A DNA stretch of 43,817 nt from IMG/VR virus record IMGVR_UViG_3300016669_000015, positions 1 to 43,817 of that record. One strand, given 5' to 3'. This DNA is from a virus (Duplodnaviria > Caudoviricetes). Under the pieces are notes generated by a model. It searched no databases. It was not told the DNA's origin and saw only the letters and a list, made by a program, of their open reading frames with translations. Below, piece by piece: positions 7,888 to 17,600 of the stretch (position 1 is its first letter; the number at the start of each line of letters is the position of its first letter). The translations under genes were made by a program, and so were the position numbers.

Positions 7888-10800
7888 TTAAGCGGTTGCG
7901 GCCTCGGTGACCAGAGGCTTGCGGCCGTTGACCACATCATCCAGGTGGCTCGCGGTGTTGCTGGTGTGCGTGGCGATGGCCAACATGCCATCACGCAGCG
8001 CCTCGCGCAGCTCGACGTTCTCACGCTGCTGCGCTTCGATCGCGGTCGACAGGCGCGCCACCTCCGCCGCCAGGGCCTCGGCATTCCCGTCCGGGCTGGC
8101 CAGGCGGCGCATCAGCTCGCGGTTGTCGGCCGCGGGCATGATGCGCTCGCCCTCATGGATCATTGCCGGCATGTCGGTCTTGACGTAGTTGGTGCCGACT
8201 GCGAAGCCCGGCAGCTTGCTCGACGCATCCTTCTGCGCCGCCTTCAGCCAGTCCGCTTTCTCCGCCTCGCTCATCGTCGGGCCGTAGGCCTGCATCCAGA
8301 ACTGCAGACCCTCGGCGTCCGGCGCACGGCCCAGCACGCTCTGGTACAGCTTCCGGAGATCGGCTTCCGTCGAGTTGGCAATGCCGCCCACGATCTGATC
8401 GATCGGCGCGCCGCCGGCGGCAGCGTTCTTCCACCACTCCAAACCAGCGGCGTCGGGCGCACGGCCCAGGTTCTGCTGGTAGGCGTTGTTGATCGCCGCA
8501 CCGGCCGATACAACCGGGTTGGCGTTTGCCGCTGCCATGGCGCCCTGCAGCGCCTTGATCGCCTGCTCGATCGACAGGCCGATGGTGCTGATGCCTTTCA
8601 GGACGTCGATCTGATCCTGGTGACGCGCGAGCATCGCGTCGAGCTGCTTGACCTGATCCTCAGCGACCTTCAGGTTCTTCTCTTCGACCGTCAGCGCACC
8701 GTCGGTCAGCTTGGCCAGTTCAGCCAGGTCACCCTGAGCGCCGAACAGGTCGCGCTGATAGTCCTGGTACGTGGCGTAAGCCGCTGTCGATGGACCGTTG
8801 CCGATCTTCGGCAGCGACTTCTGCAGCGCGTCGGCAGCCGGCAGCGGGCCGCCGGCCTTGGCGATCGCCAGCGCCGCGCGCACTTCCGCCATCCCGCTGT
8901 AGCGATCCTCCTCCTGCTGCTCCGGAGACCGGATACCGTCGAGCGAGCTACGCAGCGCGGACGACATGGTTTTCAGGCTGTTGACCGCTTCGGTCCGCAT
9001 CTGAATGTCTTCCTGCATCGCCTTCTTCTGGCGATCGGTCACGCGCTGGAGCACCGCGTACGCTCCATCAACCCCGCTCAGCAGCGATGACGCATCATTC
9101 TTCAGCGCCTGGGTGGCCGCCTCCGATGCTGCCGTCTGCTGCTTGATTGCCTGGATCTGGTCGAACAGAGCGCGGTTGCTTTCGTCGAGCACCGCGCGCT
9201 GCTTGCCCAAGAGATCAGTCGCCGACATCGTCAGCGTATCGAGCTCGTCCTGCAGTTGCCCACGTTCCTGGAGGATGCTGGCCGCCGCTTCTGCAGCCGT
9301 ATCACTGGCCTGTTTCAGGTAGTCGGACACCAGCTTGTACTGCGGGCCCAGCGCCAGAAGTTCGGCGTACTGCTGCGCGCCGCCGGCGGTAGCCAGCGCG
9401 CCCGACTGGACCAGGCCCTGTGCAGCTTCCTTGAATTGCTCACTGGTAGTGATCCCGGCAAAGCCAAGCTTCGCAAGCTGATCGTTCAGCGGCCCCTGCG
9501 CCTTTGCAATGCGCTCGGCCTCCGACAGGAAATTGTCGTTGAAGAAGTTGGTCTTCTCCGCCAGCGCTTCGATGCCTCCAGCCAACGCCACCAAACGCTC
9601 GCGCGCCTCGATCGAATCCTTGCCAACTGCTCCGAAAGCGACCTGCGACGTCGCCCCCATCACCGCAAGAATCTGGTCGACCGCGCTGAAGTTCGCGGCC
9701 AGGCGCTGGAGAGTGGCCGAAGCCTGCTCGCCCTGCGCCTGGAACTTGCCGATTTCCGGCAGAAGTTCCGCCGCCACCGTATTGGCCACGCCGACGAAGA
9801 ATTCGGCGATCGCGGCCTGGTTGGCTGCCTCGTCCTTGCCTAGCGCGATCTTGATGGCCTGGGAACGGCTGGCGATGCTGGCCGCGTTCAGGCCGAGCAC
9901 GTCAGCGAAATCAGCCGAAGATGCTTTGATGGCGTCGTATGCGGACGTCAGGCCGGCCGATACTTCGGCGCCGACCGGGCTCTTGTCGACACCATCCTTG
10001 TCGCTGCGGAACCACCCGCCCTTCTTCCCCCAGGCAGCATCCATGGTGCCGGAGAAACCGCCAGCGCCCAGCGATCCGTTGAGAGTCTGGTCGCCGCTGT
10101 ATTCCTTCGGGCCGCGACCGAACGCCTTCTTCCCGATGGTATAGACGGCCAGTGCACCAGCGACCCAAGGCGCTGCAGCAGCAAGTCCGGACAGGCCGGT
10201 CGCGATGCCGCTGGCAACATTCGAGCCGACGACGGACGCGATGCCGTTGCCGATGTTCATGCCCAGCGCTGACGTCAGCCCCGATCCAATGCCCGCGCCA
10301 TTGAGGCCGCCGGCCAGGCTGCCGAGGAAGCCGGTACCAAGGCCGCCGGCAACGGTGGCGCCGCCACTGACCATGCTGTACAGGTTCGACACACCGCTGG
10401 CCGCGCTGGCGAAGCCACCAACCGCGCTCGAAGCCCCAGCAGCACCGCCGCCCAAGCCCAGAGTATTCGTCAGGCTGGCAGCCAGTGGGTTCACCGTTGC
10501 CGAGATGATCGGGCGCAGCACCAGGGTGCCGAACATGTTTTTCAGCGTGGACACCAGGTTCTGCCCGAAGTCCTTGCCCGACTCGAAACCGCGCAGCAGC
10601 GCGTCGGTCAGGGACTGCTCGATCGATTCCGATGCGCGCTTCCATTCTTCTGCGGCCTTCTTCGCTGCGTCGACCTGCTCCATCGCAGCGACCGCCGATG
10701 CATTCCGTTTCTTTGCATCGATCAGTTTTTCGAGATACTCGATTTGATCAAGCTGTAGGCCCAGGGTGGCGCGCTGTGTCAGTTGTGCTTCGAGCTCAGC

Positions 10801-13425
10801 GATTTCCAGCTGCTCAACCGCCGATTTGGTCAGGCCGTAAGTTCTGGCCAGCTCCACGTTGCGAGCGGCTTCGTCCTCGGCATCCTGAACACGCTTCGCG
10901 TAGATGCCGCTGGTCGCCTCCAGGCCCTTCGAATAGCTGTCTTGGAAGTCGCTTATTTCCTTCAATGCGCGCAGGCGCTCTTCTTCTGCCTTTTTTGCAA
11001 ATGGCTGCTGGGCAATGTAGGCCTCAACAGTCGCCTGGTACGCTTCGAGCGACTGCTTGCCTGCCCTGTAGCCGGCCGCCAGCTTAAGCAAGTTTTCCTG
11101 GTAGTCCGAATCGACCCCAGCACTTTTGCCATTGATCCGGTCGACCAGGTCGGCGTATTCCTTGGCGGCTGCCGCTTGGGTTTTGATTGCCTTGGTAGAA
11201 GCCGGATCCGCGAATTTCGCGCGAACCAGCTTTTCCATTTCGGGCGGAATCGCACCGAACTCTTTCTTCAGCTTGTCGAGCTCGGCGGCCAAGCGCTGCG
11301 CTGACGAACCGTTCTGGGAATACCAATCATCCAGGCGTGCCGTGCGAGTCCGCAGCGCCGCCGTAGCGACCTCACCTTGGAGCGCTTTCACGCGGCCGAG
11401 CGCAGACTCGTATTTTCCTGAAAGTTCGACCTCCTCGAGCTGCAGCATCATGCGAGCGCGCGCATCGGCGCCGGCGGTGGCCTGCGCCGTTTTGTTTGCG
11501 TCAAGTGCCGCCTTGGCGCGAGCCAGCCCGTCTTTGTCTACCTCGCTGATGCCGTCGAGCGCTTTGATCCGCGGCTCGGTGGCAGCCAGCGCGTTCCGCT
11601 CGCGGAGCTTGGCGATTTGCTCGTCGAGGCGGACGATCATTTCGCCCGTCGATTCCTCGGTAGACTGGACAACCTTGTTGTTTGCTTCCTCGGCCTTGCT
11701 CGCCCAGACACTGTAGACAGTTGCGGCTACGCCGAGCGCTGCCACCACGAGGCCGATCGGCCCGCCGACCAGCGCCATGGTCACACCCAGGGCACGCCCT
11801 GCAACGGACGCCGCCCCTGATGCTGCCGCCTGCGCCGTCAGCGCTGTGGACAGCGTTGCTGACGTCGCGGCCAACCTCGCTTCAGCGGGAATAAGCCCAT
11901 TCGTGGTGATGGCCAAGGCGACATTGCCTTCTGCCGCGAGAACTGCCGCGCGCAATTCGGCAACTCGCGCTACTGCCAGACCATTAGCAGTAGCCGCAGC
12001 TGCAACATCGGCACGTGCCGCAGCTACGTTCGATGCCAAACGGGCATTATTGGCAACGACGTTTGCATACGCTGCGGAGGCGGCTGACGAGAGCGAGGAC
12101 GCCAGCTTCACGGCCGCGACTGTCGCCATTGCCCCGCCGACCAAGACCAGGTTGTCAGCGAGCAGTTTGATGCCGCCAGAGAATGCAGCGACTACGCCAC
12201 TCGACTGCGCCGTGGCGCCCACCATCTCCATCACGTTGTTCTTGAGCACGGTGACCGCGCCGCCGATGGTCTCCACCGATCGCGCTTCATTACGAAGCGT
12301 GCCAAGCGCGCGCGGCAGCGCATCTGCCAGTACTGCAGTCGTCAGCTGCCCCTGCTCTGCCATCGCGCGCAACGCGCCCACGGGAACGCCGATACCGTCG
12401 GCCAGCGCCTGCATCAGGCGTGGCGAAGCTTCGTTGACCGAGTTGAATTCATCACCGCGCAAGACACCCGACGCGAACGCTTGGGAAAGCTGCAGGATCG
12501 CCGACGACGCCTCGGCAGTCGATGCCCCCGAGACCTTGAGCGCCAGGCTTACAGATTCGGTAATGCTGGCAACCTGGGCCTGAGCAATGCCCAAGTCGCG
12601 CGTGCTTTTGGTGATGCTTGCGTACAGCGACGCGGTAGCCGACAAGTCGGATTGCGCGGACGTGGCGATGCTGCGCACCGAATTCTGAGCGTTCGTGAAT
12701 TCGCTTTGGCCGGTCGTGGCCAGCTTGAGCTGGGCCAGGTACTTGCCGTACTGGTCCGAGAGCTGGGCGACAGCGGCGATGCCGCCGCCAAATGCGACGC
12801 TGGCGAGTGCGGCGCCGAACCCGCTGATGGAACTGCCCGCATTTCCGGCGGCCTCTTCCGCAGCCTGAAGCTGCTCGATGAGCGGGCGCGCGTCATCAGC
12901 AACGCCCAACTGCTCGGCGCGCAGTGCGGCCAGCTGGGACGCAGTTTTACCGATCCCATCAGCCTGCGAGCGCAGACCATCCAAGAAGCTGTTGCCGGCA
13001 TCGAGTTGACGCTGCGCCGCCGCCGCCTGAGCGGTTTTCCGGGTAACGGCGTCGAGCTGGTCAAGGTACGGCCGCAGCGCGGTCATATTCAGGCCGCGCG
13101 CATTGGCCAGGCTCGCGTAAAAATCCGCCCCACTCTTCGCCCCAGCATTTGCCGCAGCGGTTGCGCGCTGGATGGATGCGGCCATGGTCAGCGTGGCGCG
13201 GTCGACCTTGCCAGCCGCCGCGCCGGCCCCGTCGCCCACTGCGCGCATGCCGGACGAGCTACCGAGGTCGTCGAGTGACTTGCCGGTCCGCTTCGCGGTC
13301 GTGGCGAGGTTTTCGAGATTCTTCCCAGTCCGCGCGGTCGATGCATCAATACGTCGCCCGCCCTCTTCCACGCCAGTGGCATCGGTGGTGACCTTGATAA
13401 TTGCTTCGTTGGTGATTGTGCTCAT
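7888..13425 (-). CDS. Tail tape measure protein with C-terminal DUF4214-like repeats
   Basis: 1845 aa, Ala-rich coiled coil; QLSQAFASGVLRGDEFNSVNE tape-measure motif; hydrophobic segments; two YQxxLGRAPDAxGLxxW repeats. Confidence 0.93.
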   Translation of the reverse strand: MSTITNEAIIKVTTDATGVEEGGRRIDASTARTGKNLENLATTAKRTGKSLDDLGSSSGMRAVGDGAGAAAGKVDRATLTMAASIQRATAAANAGAKSGADFYASLANARGLNMTALRPYLDQLDAVTRKTAQAAAAQRQLDAGNSFLDGLRSQADGIGKTASQLAALRAEQLGVADDARPLIEQLQAAEEAAGNAGSSISGFGAALASVAFGGGIAAVAQLSDQYGKYLAQLKLATTGQSEFTNAQNSVRSIATSAQSDLSATASLYASITKSTRDLGIAQAQVASITESVSLALKVSGASTAEASSAILQLSQAFASGVLRGDEFNSVNEASPRLMQALADGIGVPVGALRAMAEQGQLTTAVLADALPRALGTLRNEARSVETIGGAVTVLKNNVMEMVGATAQSSGVVAAFSGGIKLLADNLVLVGGAMATVAAVKLASSLSSAASAAYANVVANNARLASNVAAARADVAAAATANGLAVARVAELRAAVLAAEGNVALAITTNGLIPAEARLAATSATLSTALTAQAAASGAASVAGRALGVTMALVGGPIGLVVAALGVAATVYSVWASKAEEANNKVVQSTEESTGEMIVRLDEQIAKLRERNALAATEPRIKALDGISEVDKDGLARAKAALDANKTAQATAGADARARMMLQLEEVELSGKYESALGRVKALQGEVATAALRTRTARLDDWYSQNGSSAQRLAAELDKLKKEFGAIPPEMEKLVRAKFADPASTKAIKTQAAAAKEYADLVDRINGKSAGVDSDYQENLLKLAAGYRAGKQSLEAYQATVEAYIAQQPFAKKAEEERLRALKEISDFQDSYSKGLEATSGIYAKRVQDAEDEAARNVELARTYGLTKSAVEQLEIAELEAQLTQRATLGLQLDQIEYLEKLIDAKKRNASAVAAMEQVDAAKKAAEEWKRASESIEQSLTDALLRGFESGKDFGQNLVSTLKNMFGTLVLRPIISATVNPLAASLTNTLGLGGGAAGASSAVGGFASAASGVSNLYSMVSGGATVAGGLGTGFLGSLAGGLNGAGIGSGLTSALGMNIGNGIASVVGSNVASGIATGLSGLAAAAPWVAGALAVYTIGKKAFGRGPKEYSGDQTLNGSLGAGGFSGTMDAAWGKKGGWFRSDKDGVDKSPVGAEVSAGLTSAYDAIKASSADFADVLGLNAASIASRSQAIKIALGKDEAANQAAIAEFFVGVANTVAAELLPEIGKFQAQGEQASATLQRLAANFSAVDQILAVMGATSQVAFGAVGKDSIEARERLVALAGGIEALAEKTNFFNDNFLSEAERIAKAQGPLNDQLAKLGFAGITTSEQFKEAAQGLVQSGALATAGGAQQYAELLALGPQYKLVSDYLKQASDTAAEAAASILQERGQLQDELDTLTMSATDLLGKQRAVLDESNRALFDQIQAIKQQTAASEAATQALKNDASSLLSGVDGAYAVLQRVTDRQKKAMQEDIQMRTEAVNSLKTMSSALRSSLDGIRSPEQQEEDRYSGMAEVRAALAIAKAGGPLPAADALQKSLPKIGNGPSTAAYATYQDYQRDLFGAQGDLAELAKLTDGALTVEEKNLKVAEDQVKQLDAMLARHQDQIDVLKGISTIGLSIEQAIKALQGAMAAANANPVVSAGAAINNAYQQNLGRAPDAAGLEWWKNAAAGGAPIDQIVGGIANSTEADLRKLYQSVLGRAPDAEGLQFWMQAYGPTMSEAEKADWLKAAQKDASSKLPGFAVGTNYVKTDMPAMIHEGERIMPAADNRELMRRLASPDGNAEALAAEVARLSTAIEAQQRENVELREALRDGMLAIATHTSNTASHLDDVVNGRKPLVTEAATA

Positions 13426-13465
13426 TCGCCGCCCATAAAAAAGCCGCCAGGCGGCGGCACTGCAT

Positions 13466-13759
13466 TCAATCCGAGCTTCGCATTGCCGTGAGCGCTGCGT
13501 CTTCCATCACCTGGAGGTCCTCGTCCAGCTGGTTGTATTCCTCAACCGTTAGCCCCATCCGGTCCATCCGGTTGTAGGCGACGAGGAAGTTCAAACCGAT
13601 CGGGCCGCCCATCGGAGCGATATTCCACTGCTTGCGCAGCCCGTAAAACGTGTTGTAGGCCCGCACGTTGTCGGGCCAGATTTCGACCGACGTTGTCACC
13701 CCATCCCGAGTCATGCCGGCGATCGCCAGTTCAGCGTCGGTGGGCACAGCCTCGTACAT
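13466..13759 (-). CDS. Tail assembly chaperone T part (DUF1799-like), probably reached by -1 frameshift
   Basis: EIWPDN...QW...GPIGLNF...LQVMEDAAL; in the -1 frame of the upstream gene. Confidence 0.85.
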   Translation of the reverse strand: MYEAVPTDAELAIAGMTRDGVTTSVEIWPDNVRAYNTFYGLRKQWNIAPMGGPIGLNFLVAYNRMDRMGLTVEEYNQLDEDLQVMEDAALTAMRSSD

Positions 13760-13776
13760 GGCGGTGGCAACGTCCC

Positions 13777-14094
13777 TTAGTTTTTTGCGCGGGCGCCGGT
13801 CAGCTCGGCCAGGTACACGTCGAGCACGGCGCGGGCCGAACCCATGTAGCGCTGCACCAGCTTCTCGACAGCGTCCTTACCGAACGGCTCGTCCAGATCC
13901 CAGCCGCTGGCGATGTCCATCAGCGCGTCGACGTCTTCGGCGCCAGCCAGGGTTTCCATGAATTCCTTGAAGTCGTCGCGAGTGCGATGCTTGAAGATGA
14001 ATTCGACATCAGCCGACTTGCCGCCCGGGACTGGGATCGACACGGTAGCTTTGAAGGTGGCAGCGACTGCCAGGGTGAGGTTTGCTTTTGCCAT
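13777..14094 (-). CDS. Tail assembly chaperone G
   Basis: TFKATVSIPVPG...VEFIFKH...GWDLDEPF; lies between tail tube and tape measure; start at MAKANL. Confidence 0.88.
   Translation of the reverse strand: MAKANLTLAVAATFKATVSIPVPGGKSADVEFIFKHRTRDDFKEFMETLAGAEDVDALMDIASGWDLDEPFGKDAVEKLVQRYMGSARAVLDVYLAELTGARAKN
13780..13786 (-). other. Programmed -1 ribosomal frameshift site A AAA AAC
   Basis: GCA AAA AAC TAA; the -1 frame reads CTA AGG GAC GTT GCC ACC GCC ATG TAC (LRDVATAMY) into the next ORF. Confidence 0.85.
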
Positions 14095-14118
14095 GATGAT
14101 TTTTCTTTCGAGATGGGT

Positions 14119-14150
14119 AAAAAAAGACCCACGAGGCGCTACCTCGTGGG
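14119..14150 (-). terminator. Intrinsic terminator after the tail tube gene
   Basis: CCCACGAGG...CCTCGTGGG stem followed by a T run on the minus strand. Confidence 0.7.
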
Positions 14151-14198
14151 CTGTGAAAAGGCCAGCGCCGACCATTCGGCGCCAGCTGGCAACACAGA

Positions 14199-14831
14199 TC
14201 AGTAGCGGACGACCTTGTTCTGCAGCGAGAAGACGGACTTCACCGCCATAACACTGCCCTTGGCCAAGCTCGGCGACTCGTTGAACGAGCAGTAGCCGGC
14301 GTACAGCAGCACGCCGCCGCCCGGGATCATGCCGCGCAGGCAGGTCAGCGCGACGCCATCGGAGATCTTCTTCAGGGCGGCGTGATGCGGCAGCGACTTG
14401 TCGTCGGCGGTCGTCAGCGTGACGGTGGTTGCGGTGAAGCCGTCGGGCAACATGACCGGCATGTCGCTGTCCAGCAGCGGCACTTCGACGTTTTTGCCAT
14501 CGCCGCCGGAGATGTCAGCACTAACCACACCGGTGACAGGAGTCCAGGTGGTGATCTTGCGCACGGTACCGACGCCGGCGCCAGCAGGGAACAGCGAGGT
14601 GTCGCTCGTGTCCAGGCCTTCCAGCGTGAACGACGTGCCGGACGCAGCCTTCAGGCGGAACACGCGGCCGTTGGCCTTGCTCCAGCCGCCGGTGTATTCG
14701 ACGAAGTCGCCGGTGGCAAAGGTATTCGTCGCGGTGGCCACAGCCTCGGTGGCGTTGGTGATCGCGGTGATGCTGACGGCAGCGGCGAATGCGGACGCTA
14801 CAGCGAACGCGATGTTATTTGGCAATTGCAT
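14199..14831 (-). CDS. Major tail tube protein (Phage_tail_3-like)
   Basis: ITAITNATEAVAT...GWSKANGRVFR...TLEGLDT...GAGVGTVRKITTW; position after the tail terminator. Confidence 0.88.
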   Translation of the reverse strand: MQLPNNIAFAVASAFAAAVSITAITNATEAVATATNTFATGDFVEYTGGWSKANGRVFRLKAASGTSFTLEGLDTSDTSLFPAGAGVGTVRKITTWTPVTGVVSADISGGDGKNVEVPLLDSDMPVMLPDGFTATTVTLTTADDKSLPHHAALKKISDGVALTCLRGMIPGGGVLLYAGYCSFNESPSLAKGSVMAVKSVFSLQNKVVRY

Positions 14832-14921
14832 ATCGGCCTTTCAGGAATAAAGCCCGGAAGCCGGGCAAGAAAAAAGCCGCCTCGATTTCTCAGGGCGGCT
14901 TGGGGATAAAACTGGTTCAGG

Positions 14922-15272
14922 TCAGCAGAAAAGCATGAAGTCCTGCATAGTCCCGCAGGTATCGGTTTCTTCGTCATACGTGGACATGCGCCCGGACACG
15001 ACCTCGACCTGCAGCGCGGCCGCGGAGCGCAATGCGTCCTCCACCAGCATGCCGACTTCGGAGGCCTCCGCGCGGTGCTTGCTCCACACATTCACTTGCA
15101 TGCGCACGAACTGCTTGTCAGGCCGGTCACCGGACAGGAAATTTATAGGCTCCCCGCCGGCCACTTGGTATGTGATGTAGGGCGTATCGGTGTCCAGCGG
15201 CGCTACGTCGGGATAGACGCGCCCGTCGACCAGGTGAGCCAGCGCGCCGTCAATATGGTCTTCAGGGGTCAC
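14922..15272 (-). CDS. Tail terminator (DUF3168-like)
   Basis: GRVYPDVAP...PYITYQ...RMQVNVW. Confidence 0.85.
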   Translation of the reverse strand: MTPEDHIDGALAHLVDGRVYPDVAPLDTDTPYITYQVAGGEPINFLSGDRPDKQFVRMQVNVWSKHRAEASEVGMLVEDALRSAAALQVEVVSGRMSTYDEETDTCGTMQDFMLFC

Positions 15273-15796
15273 TTTGCATTCCTTGCGATCTGCTCAGCCA
15301 GTGTCCGCGTCATGACGTCAATGGCTTCCTGTTTTTTGCTGTCGTAGGCGGGTCGCATGAACGGATATGCCCGGGTTCGCTTGTTTCCAAACTCCAGATC
15401 AGACACGCGCTGTGCCGCCTCTCGGTGGGCCTTCCAGCCAATTGTCCTGCCCGTCTTTTTGCTCACCTTCTTGTTCTTGGGCACGAACTTGTGACCGTTC
15501 TCGACAAAGCGCCAGTAGAAGGCGCCAGGGCTGGCGGCAGTGCCGTTGCGCACGGTGACCATGTAGGCCTGACGCCGATCTCCATCAGAATCCTCTTCAA
15601 GGCGCTTGACGATGATGTTGTCAAACAGGATGCCGGTCTTCTTGTTGGCCAGCGAGTTCTGCTTTGCCTGATCGCGAAAAACCTCTGCGCCGGCAAAACC
15701 TACGGTCCGAAGTGTCGATTCGCCGAGCGCTTCAGTGATGGTCCGCCTTGCGGCCGTCATGGCAGTCTCAAAGGCCGAGGTATCGAAGTCGATCAT
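15269..15796 (-). CDS. HK97 gp10-family morphogenesis protein
   Basis: AFYWRFVENG...EFG...AYPFMRPAYD; start at MIDFDTS with ATGA overlap. Confidence 0.88.
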   Translation of the reverse strand: MIDFDTSAFETAMTAARRTITEALGESTLRTVGFAGAEVFRDQAKQNSLANKKTGILFDNIIVKRLEEDSDGDRRQAYMVTVRNGTAASPGAFYWRFVENGHKFVPKNKKVSKKTGRTIGWKAHREAAQRVSDLEFGNKRTRAYPFMRPAYDSKKQEAIDVMTRTLAEQIARNAK

Positions 15797-16095
15797 GTAA
15801 CCGCCTTGCACACCAGGAACATGAAGCGGGAGTCTCGCCCATCTGGCAGCGCCGACTCGACGTCGTAGGCCTTCCCCTTGAAGAGCACGCGCGCCGCGGT
15901 GTCGATGTCGGCGCGAGCGCGGATCCGGATCGAGCACTTGACGATCGAAACCTCAGCGCCGGCGCGCACCACTTCCGCGCCGCTCGGGAACAGGACATGT
16001 GCCCAGACCGTGGCAATGGGCTCCCAGACCTGGGGCGCGCGCAGCTTGCCGGTGTCCGGACCCGGTCGCTGCAGGGTGATCCGATCGTTCATCAC
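15793..16095 (-). CDS. Head closure/head-tail joining protein
   Basis: RITLQ...W..ATVWA...IRIR...RVLFKGKAYDVESALPD. Confidence 0.88.
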   Translation of the reverse strand: MMNDRITLQRPGPDTGKLRAPQVWEPIATVWAHVLFPSGAEVVRAGAEVSIVKCSIRIRARADIDTAARVLFKGKAYDVESALPDGRDSRFMFLVCKAVT

Positions 16096-16637
16096 AGGTA
16101 CACCCGCGCGCGATCGAGCAGGCCGCCCAGGAATTCACTCTTCGGCGTGCCGGCCGGCGCGAAGTGCTCGGCGACCTTGCCCAGGATGTAGCCTTTGATT
16201 TCGTCGGGCACCGTGCTGTCATCGACGCCGTATCCACACGAGTACTGCACCTCGACTGCGCTGATGCGCGCCTGGGTGGCCGGCCAGGCCCTGCCTGGCG
16301 CCGGCACGATGTAGCCCGGCTCGCTTTCGTTGTCGACCAGGTAGTCGTCCGGATGCAGTATCTGGCGTACGCCGGCGGCGTCGTAGAACTTGATGTGCTC
16401 GACGGCCATGATCGGCGGGTGCTCGAGCCGGAAGGCCGGCGGGAAAGCGTCGAGCGTCAGCCGGTAGGTCTGCTGCACCAGCGCGCGGCCCGTCTCGTGC
16501 TCGGCGTCGCGCGTGTGCTGTCCGATGACCTGGCGCAGCTCGACGTCGGCCTCGAGCCCGTCCAGCCGTGCCGACAGGCGCGCAGCTTCCAGCGACACTG
16601 CCAGCGCCACGGGCGGGGTGATCAGTCGCAGGCTCAT
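16092..16637 (-). CDS. Head-tail connector (gp6-like)
   Basis: VSLEAAR...AEHETGRALVQQTYRLTLDAFP...AVEVQYSCGYG...VPDEIK; start at MSLRLIT. Confidence 0.88.
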   Translation of the reverse strand: MSLRLITPPVALAVSLEAARLSARLDGLEADVELRQVIGQHTRDAEHETGRALVQQTYRLTLDAFPPAFRLEHPPIMAVEHIKFYDAAGVRQILHPDDYLVDNESEPGYIVPAPGRAWPATQARISAVEVQYSCGYGVDDSTVPDEIKGYILGKVAEHFAPAGTPKSEFLGGLLDRARVYL

Positions 16638-16786
16638 CGGGTCGTTCCTTGTGTTGCCGGTGGCCGGCCGGCGCCGTGCGGCGCGCCAGACCCTGCCGGC
16701 GCGCGCGCGTACTCGACTGCGGCCGCATCCTGCTGCTTCAGCAGCTCGGTGTTGGGCACGCTCGGCAGTTGCGATGCATCGATCAT
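16634..16786 (-). CDS. Small hypothetical protein (MIDASQLPSVP...), 50 aa
   Basis: TGATG overlap upstream and ATGA overlap downstream. Confidence 0.5.
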   Translation of the reverse strand: MIDASQLPSVPNTELLKQQDAAAVEYARAPAGSGAPHGAGRPPATQGTTR

Positions 16787-17544
16787 CAGTTGTCCACCCG
16801 GTTGAATTGAATGGTGCGGTAGAAGCGCTCGCTGTTCGCACAGTCGATGCGCAGGTCGCAGTAGTTGACGCCGGCCGGCAAGGTGTCCATGCCGCCCAGC
16901 TTCACCAGAATCAAAGGCCCCTGGATCACAGCCGCCACCAGCACACCCACGCCCACCGGCTGCGCCAGCACCGCGCTGGCGGTGGTGTTGCTGTCCGCCA
17001 GGTCGTTGCTGATGTCGGCCACGAAATAGCTCTCGTCGTCGGCGTCCTTCTCCAGCGACCACGAGCCGACCTGCTGCTTGAACCCGATCGTGCGGTCGAA
17101 CCGCTCGCCGTTCGCGCATGTGACGCGGAACGTGCAGAAGTTGACCGCACCCGTCGCTGCATTGAACCCGCCCAGCTTCACAACGATCAGCTTGCCCTGG
17201 ATGACGGGCTGCTGAAGCACTGTCACGCCAGCGACGATGGCCTCGACCGAAACGGCGGTGGTGCCGCGCTCGGCCAGGTCGATCGTGAGGTCCGCCACCC
17301 AGTACCGCTCGTCGAGCGGGTGCTTCTCGCTCCACCACCGCCCTGTTTCCAGGTACGGGGCATTGGGCAACCGCGCGCTCGGCACACTGCCGAATTTCAC
17401 CACACGAGTTCCGCCCGGGAATGCAACCCGACGAGATTCGGCTACCGTCGTGGCGATGACCCCGTTCTGCACAGGGGGAATCGCCGCAGGCGCCTGCTCC
17501 CCGAATGCGTATTCGCCGAAGGCGCTAGATCCGAATCCGGTCAT
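16786..17544 (-). CDS. Virion accessory protein with two tandem ~90-aa beta domains (fibre-adaptor-like)
   Basis: WxxEK.xxDE.Y.VAD...DLA...TTA...VIQG.LI.VKLGG...N.C..R..CAN.ERF.RTI.F occurs twice. Confidence 0.7.
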   Translation of the reverse strand: MTGFGSSAFGEYAFGEQAPAAIPPVQNGVIATTVAESRRVAFPGGTRVVKFGSVPSARLPNAPYLETGRWWSEKHPLDERYWVADLTIDLAERGTTAVSVEAIVAGVTVLQQPVIQGKLIVVKLGGFNAATGAVNFCTFRVTCANGERFDRTIGFKQQVGSWSLEKDADDESYFVADISNDLADSNTTASAVLAQPVGVGVLVAAVIQGPLILVKLGGMDTLPAGVNYCDLRIDCANSERFYRTIQFNRVDN

Positions 17545-17569
17545 GTGCTTAATCGCTTCCGTTGGACGT

Positions 17570-17592
17570 AAAAAAACCCGCTCGAGGCGGGT
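17570..17592 (-). terminator. Terminator of the acyltransferase moron
   Basis: Minus strand ACCCGC-CTCGA-GCGGGT then T run, about 10 bp after the stop. Confidence 0.8.
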
Positions 17593-17600
17593 CTGGTTTG

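Noticed and set aside
7579-13438. Long plus-strand ORFs opposite the tape measure (also 21559..22974, 23674..25014, 32282..33592)
   Set aside because: Antisense shadows of GC-rich genes, with no motifs or RBS
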